Below, one piece after another: positions 1-6,330 of a stretch of DNA of 6,330 nucleotides. Position numbers and translations under genes: made by a program. The DNA is taken from the NCBI RefSeq assembly GCF_006345805.1, contig NW_021829369.1:1-6330 (forward strand), in the 5' to 3' direction. How positions within the stretch are numbered: position 1 is the stretch's first letter; the number at the start of each line of letters is the position of its first letter. This DNA is from Octopus sinensis (taxonomy: Eukaryota). The notes beneath the pieces are model-generated. The model was not told the origin of the DNA. It made no database searches and saw only the letters and a program-made list of their open reading frames with translations.

Positions 1-515
1 ATGTATATAAGTTCACACATCGACGCATACATGCATATATATTCATACACTCACATTCAAATACACACGCAAGTAGACACACAATCGCTTTCACGCACAT
101 ATACATATGTACTCACACACACACACACATGCACACACACTAGCGCATAAAAACACGGGCATACAAACTCACAAATACAAACGTACTGCAACACACACAC
201 ACAATTATACAGACATAGATCCACATACAGAGGTTTCATGACATACTTTACACATTTATACACTCGCACGCGCGGAAATACATGCATATACTCACATTCA
301 TGCGCATACATAAACACACCCACATACATAAACACGCACAGACACAAACGTTCAAATATACAAACTTACACAAATACTGACAAACACACACTGATACATA
401 GTTACACACACACACATACATAATACTCATACAGACATACACCCGTAACATGCATATACACACATACATACACGCAGACATATACGCAGACAGACATACA
501 TATGCAGTCATACAA
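1..515. repeat. Degenerate (CA)n/(TACA)n alternating purine-pyrimidine low-complexity tract
   Basis: Near-continuous ACAC/ATAC/GCAC units with scattered substitutions; G-poor on the + strand. ORFs 57..347, 238..423 and 248..511 are V/C/Y/M or T/H/Y runs produced by this repeat. Confidence 0.95.
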
Positions 516-574
516 ACGCTTACACAAAATCAATAAATCCTTTATTTCATCATCCACCCCATTTATTTAAGTAT

Positions 575-1268
575 TCTCTCTTTTCCTCTCTCCTGTTTTC
601 AATTTCTCTTTCCCTCTTTCAATTTCTCTCTCTCCCTCTTTCTATTTCTCTCTTCCTCCCACTTTCAATTCTCTCTTTCTCTTTCCCATACACTCTATTT
701 TTCTTTCTCTCTCTCTATCTTTGCTCTGTCCTCTCTCTCTTTTCTCTTCTTTATTCTTACCATTCTTTTTCTTTCGACAAACATCTAACAGATTTCTTCT
801 TCTTCTTCTTCTTGTCTTTCGTCTCTTTCTCCTCCCTGCCTCTTCTTTCCTCACTTCATTTTTCATATTGTTCCTGTGCTATCTCCAATCCTCTTTTGGC
901 ATTCCTAGGTCTCTCCAATTCCTCTACCGTCCCACATCTCACTGCCTCTCTCCTCGACTTTATCCCTCCATTCACCCTGCAATCAATTATTACTCCCAAC
1001 CTCACCCTCTCCCTTATTTCTCATCCTTTTCCCCTCAGTTATTTCCTTAAACATGTCTCCTTTCTGTATCTTCCGTTCTCTTCTTTCTCTCCCTCCATCT
1101 GTCTCTCTCTTCTTCCCTCATCTCTCTTTTCTTCCTCAGTTTTTCTTTTCACCCCTTCGTCCTGTTTTCCAAATAACAGCCCACAAATTTATAATTTTAA
1201 CCCTTCCTAAACCGTTCTCATTCATTCTTTCTCCTGTTTCATTCTATCTCTACTTCTCTCCTCTTTAA
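575..1268. repeat. Degenerate polypyrimidine (CT/CTT/TTC) low-complexity tract
   Basis: About 700 bp of almost only C/T on the + strand, including (TC)n at ~708-740 and (TTC)n at ~795-813. The overlapping F/L/S-rich and R/K/E-rich ORFs reflect composition only. Confidence 0.95.
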
Positions 1269-1961
1269 TCCAGCAATTAACCCTTCCACTTTAATCCAGA
1301 ACTTTCCAGAATGAATGCTAATATTTTTTCGTTTTTTAATATCGTCACCCCGCAAAGTCATTTATCTTAATAAGCTCACACCCTGTAGTTAATTTTCTCT
1401 CAGAAGGTTTAAGGGTTTAATTTCATTTATCGTTGTTCTCCTCTATTATTCGTTAGTTCTATATGTTACCCGTACGACCCCTAATGTGCCATGTCACTCC
1501 CAGGCAATATATTTTAAACTGTGGCACCCTTAGTTAATTTTCTTCCAAAGCCCTTTGAGCTTTTATTTGCATTTTTACCAGTATTTCACTGTTTTGTTAT
1601 AAAATAGGGTCAATCTCGTGGGACATCCATGACTACAAGTTACTCCCATAGCTCATTTACCCACACAAGCGCATCTAGTTCATTTTCTTTGAGGATTAGT
1701 AACGGTATATATTTAAATAACTTAAAATGAAAAATAACTGAGCAGAGTAACAAATATACTAGAACACCATTTTAAAATGGACGTACCATAAAGGCGGCAT
1801 TTCGGAGAGTTCTGAGACGAAATTCTTCCAGCAGAGCTAAGAATTTTAATCTAACGAACTTTATGAAATAAATATATAAGAGAAATTTTGAAGTTAGTCT
1901 AGTTGTTCATCCGTCTTGTGCCAAAAATGTACCAGTCAGCTAGTCGAGCCGATTTATATCC

Positions 1962-2178
1962 TTATCTTTTATCGTTTTACTTCTTTCAGTCACTAGGCCG
2001 TGACCTGCTGTGGCACTGCCTTGGAAAATTTTAGCCAAACTATTCGGCCTCACTACTTATTTTCGTTTTAAGCCAAGTGCTTATTGTGTCGGTCTCTTTT
2101 GCCGAACCGCTATGCTACGAGCACGCAAGCACACCAATAACGTTTGGTGGGGTACAAACACAGACGCAAAGAAACACG
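1962..2178 (-). mobile_element. tRNA-derived CORE-like SINE, family A, copy A1, 3' half
   Basis: Reverse complement aligns in-window with 2330-2513 and is co-linear with 3696-3815. Shared motifs: ttttacttctttcagtca, gccgaaccgcta, acaaacacagacgcaaaga. Confidence 0.88.
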
Positions 2179-2513
2179 GGGTAAGGAGCTTGCTTTCCAA
2201 CCATATGGCACCTTGGGTAAGTGCCTTCTACCATACCCTCGGGCTGACCAAAACCATGTGAGTGGATTTGGTACACAGAAACTGAAAGAACCCCATCGTA
2301 TGTGTGTGTGTGTGTGTGTGTGTGTGTTGTGTGTCTGTGTTTGTCCCCCACCATCGCTTGACAACCGAAACTTAGCGGTTCGGCCAAAGACACCGATAGA
2401 ATAAGTACTAGGCTTACAACGACTAAGTCCTAGGGTCGATTTGTTCGACTAAAGGTGGTGTTCCAGCATTGCCGCAGTCAAATGACTGAAACAAATAAAC
2501 GAATAAAGGAATA
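2179..2513 (+). mobile_element. Family A SINE, copy A2, 5'-truncated, two internal deletions
   Basis: Head remnant ggtaaggagcttgctttccaacca; CORE-like ggcaccttgggtaagtgccttctac (resembles MIR-type gaccttgggcaagt); internal (TG)13 at 2301-2326; 3' body ending cagtcaaatgactgaaacaaataaacgaataaaggaata. Aligns to the reverse complement of 3696-3969. Confidence 0.92.
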
Positions 2514-2673
2514 TACACATACAATGAGATTCTTTTAGTTTCCGTCACAAAACTTTGTTTGGCCCGAGGCTATATTAGAAGACACTTGCCCAAGTTGTCA
2601 CGCAGTGTGATTGAACTCGGAAACAGGTGATCGGGAAGCAAAATTCTTATTACACAGCAACGCCTGCGCCTAC
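2514..2673 (-). mobile_element. Family A SINE, copy A1, 5' half (tRNA-like head plus CORE-like domain)
   Basis: Reverse complement reads gtaggcgcaggcgttgctgtgtaataag...gagttcaatcacactgcgtgacaacttgggcaagtgtcttctaatatagcctcgggcc, with degenerate A/B boxes. Co-linear with 3835-3969. Confidence 0.88.
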
Positions 2674-2867
2674 ATTGCATCTCACATGCGAATGGAATTA
2701 TAGTAGATGCCTCTACACCTCTCCTAGTCAGCATTCAAAACCAAAGACTGGCCGTGTATACCAAATCTTACTGCACACAAGTTTCACAACCAGAGAACAA
2801 AAGACATTTAGGTACGTAGGAAAGATATTATGTGCCCACAGGGATAGTTTTATTCTCTAATTTTTGT

Positions 2868-2914
2868 GCTTGTTTCAGTCATGTGACTGTGGCCATGCTG
2901 GATCACCGCCTTTA
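2868..2914 (-). mobile_element. Family A SINE 3'-terminal fragment (A3)
   Basis: cttgtttcagtcatgtgactgtggccatgctggatcaccgccttta is a close reverse complement of 2450-2497. Confidence 0.85.
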
Positions 2915-2980
2915 CATAGTATTTTGTAGTAACCAATCTTTCTCTAGTTTTGGTACCAGGTCAGAATCTTTGAGATGAGG

Positions 2981-3151
2981 ACATCAATTACATAAAATCA
3001 TGTGCCCCACTGGAACTTATTTTATCAACCTCGAAAGTATGAATGGAAAAGGGAAGTCGACGGAGTTTGAACTCAGAGCGTAAAGAGCTAGAAAAAATGT
3101 CACTCAGCAATGCTTGGCAGCGCGATAACGATTCTTCCAGCTCGCCTCCTT
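2981..3151 (-). mobile_element. tRNA-derived SINE, family B (central motif resembles the Meta/MESC-type domain), 3'-decayed
   Basis: Reverse complement: aaggaggcgagctggaagaatcgtt (A-box-like, 3129-3139) ... gagttcaaact (B-box-like, 3064-3074) ... gtcgacttcccttttccattcatactttcgaggttgataaaataagttccag. The domain name is from memory of SINE superfamilies and needs an alignment. Confidence 0.75.
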
Positions 3152-3204
3152 CTGTTTTAGAGTAATTATTAATTATAATTATACACACTTGGTACATATG
3201 CAAT

Positions 3205-3507
3205 GTGTGGACGCACATGGCCTAGTGGTTAGAGCAGCGGACACGGAGTCAAGGGATCGCGGGTTCGAATCTCAGGCCGGGCGATATATGTGTTTATGAG
3301 CGAAACACCTAAGCTCCACGTGGCTCCGGCAGAAGGTAATGCAGAACTTCTGCTGACTCTTTCGCCACAACTTTCTCTCACGCTTTCCTCCTGAACCTTG
3401 CAGCTCACCTGCGACGGACCGGCGTCCCGTCCAGGTGGGGAACCTATACGCGAAGGAAATTGGAAAACCGGCCCCATGAGCCAGGCATGGCTTGAGAAGG
3501 AACAACA
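3205..3507 (+). mobile_element. Full-length tRNA-derived SINE, family C, with V-domain-like motif, (AAC)n tail and 11-bp TSD
   Basis: A box TGGCCTAGTGG 3218-3228; B box GGTTCGAATCT 3262-3272; V-domain-like cctgcgacggaccggcgtcccgtccagg 3408-3435; tail gaacaacaac; perfect direct repeat ACATATGCAAT at 3194-3204 and 3508-3518. Confidence 0.9.
3218..3272 (+). promoter_or_regulatory. RNA polymerase III type-2 internal promoter (A box and B box) of the family C SINE
   Basis: TGGCCTAGTGG matches TRGCNNARYGG; GGTTCGAATCT differs from GGTTCGANNCC at one position; spacing is tRNA-like. Confidence 0.8.
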
Positions 3508-3607
3508 ACATATGCAATAGAAATGTCAGGCATATGACTCGCGAGTAGTATATTTTATTATTCGTAATAAAGCATGGATTCAGAGTTGTCATAATGAATA
3601 TCAAACC

Positions 3608-3969
3608 TTTTATCTATCTACTTTGGTCTAGACTATGGATTGAGTCTTTAGGTTTAACTGTATTTATCCGGATAACCTGCGACCACTTTTGTTGTTAGTC
3701 TGGTACTTATTCTGACTGTCATTTTGGTCGAACCGCTAAGTTTCAGCGCCGTAAATACACCAGCATCGGTTGTCAAGCGGTGGTGGGAGGGACAAGCATG
3801 GACACAAAGACGCACACACACATAGAAATATATAATACATATATATGACGGGCTTCTCTCAGTATCCGTCTACGAAATCCACTCATAAACTTTTGGCCGG
3901 CCCAAGAATACAGTAGAAGACACTTGCCAAAGGTACCACGCAGTGCGACTGAACTTGTAACCATGTGGT
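3608..3969 (-). mobile_element. Family A SINE, copy A4, lacking the A-box end; tail strongly decayed
   Basis: 3696-3969 aligns clearly with A2 and A1 (tggtacttattc, gaaccgctaag, tcggttgtcaagcggtggtgg, gacgggcttctctcagt, agtagaagacacttgcc, gactgaac, ccatgtggt). 3608-3695 is only weakly similar to the tail. Confidence 0.85.
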
Positions 3970-3985
3970 ATGAATTATTGTCAGT

Positions 3986-4037
3986 TCAGAGCAAGGCTTA
4001 ATTTGCTTTGCCACCAGAGGGCGATAAAATAACCATC
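3986..4037 (+). mobile_element. Possible highly decayed family B SINE fragment
   Basis: agttca...tttgctttgccacc agagggcgataaaataacc resembles the reverse complement of 3010-3072 (gagttca...gataaaataag). Short and AT-rich. Confidence 0.3.
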
Positions 4038-4203
4038 AATAATAAGTATATGTTAATTTTAATTACATCCACCACACTTCTACTAATTTGAGCAGCCATT
4101 AATATTGTGGACAAAAACAGACAACATACAACCAGAAAGAAATCAATGCAACTCTTATAGAGAGTTGAAATGAAAGTTCTAGGGCGTTAATTCTATTATT
4201 ATA

Positions 4204-4319
<116 letters not shown>

Positions 4320-4320
4320 G

Positions 4321-4509
4321 TAAGAATTTACAAAAAAAAAAGACGAAGACGAGTGTGTAAACAACAAACAGATGTATTAGTTTAACACTCGGGAAGTGAG
4401 AGACGTTTACGTTTCGAGCCTACGCTCTTCAACAGAAAGGAACACAGAAATAAACAGGGAGAGAAAATAATAGAAAAGGGTTTAGTGGCTAGCGATCTAT
4501 CATGGCGAA

Positions 4510-4510
<1 letters not shown>
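4321..4510 (-). mobile_element. Short repeat element resembling a Penelope-like-element pseudo-LTR or non-autonomous derivative
   Basis: Complex-sequence block between two microsatellites that contains the ctgNNgaag-stem-cgaaacgt motif typical of PLE pLTR hammerheads. I recall this block as a dispersed octopus repeat (unverified). No RT or GIY-YIG ORF is present. Confidence 0.55.
4404..4439 (-). ncRNA. Minimal type I hammerhead-ribozyme-like motif (variant core, possibly inactive)
   Basis: Minus strand: CUUU-CUGUUGA-A-GAGC(GUAG)GCUC-GAA-ACGU-A|AACG. Stem II is 4 bp; stem III is reduced to palindromic ACGU; the NUH triplet is GUA; stem I pairs 3 of 4; the core has U where canonical CUGANGA has A6. 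Confidence 0.55.
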
Positions 4511-4694
<184 letters not shown>

Positions 4695-4829
4695 ACAAAT
4701 AAAATGCAGAGAACGGTGAATAAACTGTCGTCTAAATTACGCAAAATTGAAAATGACACTGGCATCTCACTTTAACAGATATATTTACCAAAATTACATA
4801 AAAGTATCTTAAAATACTAAAAAGTAAAT

Positions 4830-5688
4830 TTATTCAATAGAATCGACATTGACTTCAACCACGGCCTCCAGACGACTTCAGAATCTCTTGCAACTCTTCT
4901 GGACAGTCTCCTTGTTTAAGTTGGTGAATGTTGCCATAACCCTTGCCTGCAGTTCATGAACAGCGACCCACACATAATAATCAAACGAGTTTAAATCTGG
5001 GGAGCTAGGTGGCCAGATGGTAGGGGTGATGTGATCACAGAAATTGTCTTATAGCCATGATTGGGTTCTTCTTCTTGTGAAGCATTGTGCAGTCTTGTTG
5101 TCAGACATAGGGTCTTTCGGCAGCGACCCTCTTGACCAAGGACAGCACTATCTCCTGCAGGTACTTGATATAAGCTTCCATGTTGAGTCTGAGGCTGTGT
5201 GGGAAGATGAATGGCAACATAGCATCGCCTTCATAAGTGGTCACACCAAACACGATGATGTTGACTGGATGTTTGATTTTTATCACTCTCGGTACATGTT
5301 TTGGGGACACAACAAGCCAAAGGTTGTTCTGTGGTCTTGATAGACATTTTTCTCGTTTGAGAAAAACCAAATTATGTTCGATTGGAGGGGATGCTTGAGC
5401 TTGTTCAAAAGCTTCGTAACGGGGTCTTTCCTTGATGGCTTGGGATTAAAAAAATAGCCCTTTCTTATCTTGTGTGAGGAATACCGAAAGTCTTCATGCA
5501 GTACCTGATTGATAAGAAACTCAGACACTCCCATGTCCCTGGAGATGGTTCCTGCTTGACTCGGAGGGATTGTCGTCAATCATATTGACACCCGTACACT
5601 CTGAAATGTTCATATTGGAGCTTCCTGTGCGAATGCCAAACAGTACGGAATGTTGTTTCTAAATTTCTGGCAGAGTGAATTGCGTCAT
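4830..5688 (-). pseudogene. Mariner/maT-type transposase pseudogene
   Basis: ATG at 5688 (MTQFTLPEI*KQHSVLFGIRTG); HTH-like SRDMGVSEFLINQVLHEDFRY; WFFSNEKN (first catalytic D appears as N); KHPVNIIVFGV; PYV*QQD; WPPSSPDLNSFDYYVW; C-terminus RF*SRLEAVVEVNVDSIE* (stop 4830-4832). Several stops and frameshifts. ORFs 5283..5579 and 5101..5370 are fragments of it. Confidence 0.95.
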
Positions 5689-5787
5689 GGTACTGCTTTT
5701 TCCACAGACGGTGCCAAATTGACCCTACCATACTATGCAGTCGACAAAATCAAAGACAAACAATGCGCAAAATTAAGAATATCAAAT

Positions 5788-5813
5788 GGCGACAATTTAC
5801 CTGTCGCATCCTG
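5788..5813. repeat. Terminal inverted repeat at the 5' end of the mariner element
   Basis: Reverse complement starts CAGG, lies 100 bp upstream of the transposase ATG, and partially matches 4707-4732. Confidence 0.7.
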
Positions 5814-5820
5814 GGCACGG

Positions 5821-5821
<1 letters not shown>

Positions 5822-5875
<54 letters not shown>
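5822..5875. repeat. (CA)27 microsatellite
   Basis: Perfect CA run read directly. Confidence 0.98.
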
Positions 5876-5877
<2 letters not shown>

Positions 5878-6302
5878 GAAAAAATAGCAACTATACTTAC
5901 AAGTAAAGTTAATTACCACATCAAAGTGGCTGTTCCATGTTATTACTAGTTTAACCTCAGGCAGATCTTTCTGTCAGCTGGTTATCGCTGCAACCCTGCA
6001 CTCTGTACATATATGTTGCTAGCAGGGGACCGAACTCCTACCGTTCTCCATCAGGCGACAGGATCGCGAAACTGACACAGTTTCGAGCTAATTTGTTCAT
6101 CTTCAGTCACGAACAGCTCGGCGCCAGAGAGATGGTCAGAGTCCCTTCCAGCTAGGAATTTATTGTATACAAACCTACCATCGGTCACTGATTTGCAACA
6201 AGTAAAGTAGCTTGTTGTAAAATCTCAAAAAGATATGAGAGCAGTATCTATATAAACAAGTGAAGTTAAGTGCCAAATCAAATATATGTGTGTGTGTGTG
6301 TA

Positions 6303-6330
6303 TTCTTTTACTTGTTTCAGTCATCTGATT
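6303..6330 (-). mobile_element. Family A SINE 3' end (A5), cut by the window edge, next to (TG)7 at 6287-6300
   Basis: ttcttttacttgtttcagtcat matches the tail motif at 1975-1991 and 2868-2882. Confidence 0.75.

Larger units (their letters stand above)
3194..3518 (+). repeat. Target-site duplication ACATATGCAAT (3194-3204 and 3508-3518)
   Basis: Identical 11-mers directly flank the SINE head and tail. Confidence 0.9.
4707..5813 (-). mobile_element. Decayed IS630-Tc1-mariner DNA transposon, DD37D (maT-type)
   Basis: Transposase remnant 4830-5688 lies between imperfect inverted ends: 4707-4732 cagagaacggtgaataaactgtcgtc versus the reverse complement of 5788-5813 caggatgcgacaggtaaattgtcgcc (15/26 identical, best in taaa-tgtcg-c). 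TA target duplications are not preserved. Confidence 0.88.

Noticed and set aside
57-1268. Seven ORFs of 61-132 aa in the first 1.3 kb
   Set aside because: Their translations are direct read-outs of CA and CT low-complexity sequence, which lacks stop codons.
1767-1780. 14-bp perfect palindrome CCATTTTAAAATGG
   Set aside because: Mostly a T4/A4 junction in AT-rich DNA, isolated, with no associated element ends.
1790-1836. aaggcggcatttcg...gttctgag..gaaattc as a deleted family B SINE head
   Set aside because: Similarity is confined to a few short words and needs a large assumed deletion; not supportable without an HMM search.
2010-2404. Four overlapping ORFs of 83-92 aa
   Set aside because: They lie entirely within SINE copies A1/A2 and the (TG)n run; no protein motifs.
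2627-2860. 77-aa ORF with a donor-like AG|GTACGT near 2810-2817
   Set aside because: Starts inside a SINE at a non-ATG codon, has no recognisable motif and no convincing paired acceptor.
3209-3281. tRNA-like sequence as a functional tRNA gene
   Set aside because: A/B boxes are present, but the anticodon and acceptor stems do not pair properly and it continues into a TSD-bounded SINE body.
4401-4415. Alternative monomeric hammerhead fold (stem III CGU-AA-ACG, GUC cleavage at 4404-4402)
   Set aside because: Stem I cannot form in this register (UUU opposite UCU) and the 2-nt loop is implausible; it arises from a local ACGTTT duplication.
5044-5340. 98-aa plus-strand ORF
   Set aside because: Antisense shadow of the transposase pseudogene.
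5650-5949. 99-aa plus-strand ORF
   Set aside because: Runs antisense through the mariner 5' end and TIR and across (CA)27; a chimeric artefact.

Overview
Repeat-dominated, non-genic metazoan DNA. The SINE families match my recollection of Octopus (coleoid cephalopod) repeats; this is inference, not a database result. I can support no intact host gene, and most listed ORFs are microsatellite or low-complexity artefacts. In order, the window holds: a degenerate (CA/TA) tract and a polypyrimidine tract (1-1268); five pieces of a CORE-like tRNA-SINE ('family A'), one nested antisense inside another (1962-2673); a second tRNA-SINE ('family B', 2981-3151); a full-length V-domain-like SINE with an 11-bp target-site duplication ('family C', 3205-3507); a ~190-bp microsatellite-flanked element carrying a minimal hammerhead-ribozyme-like motif of the Penelope type (4321-4510); a decayed DD37D (maT-type) Tc1/mariner transposon (4707-5813); and an unexplained CpG-containing island with splice-like signals (5900-6250). 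The hammerhead-like motif is the most interesting item. It resembles a known ribozyme class, so I do not claim a new system.
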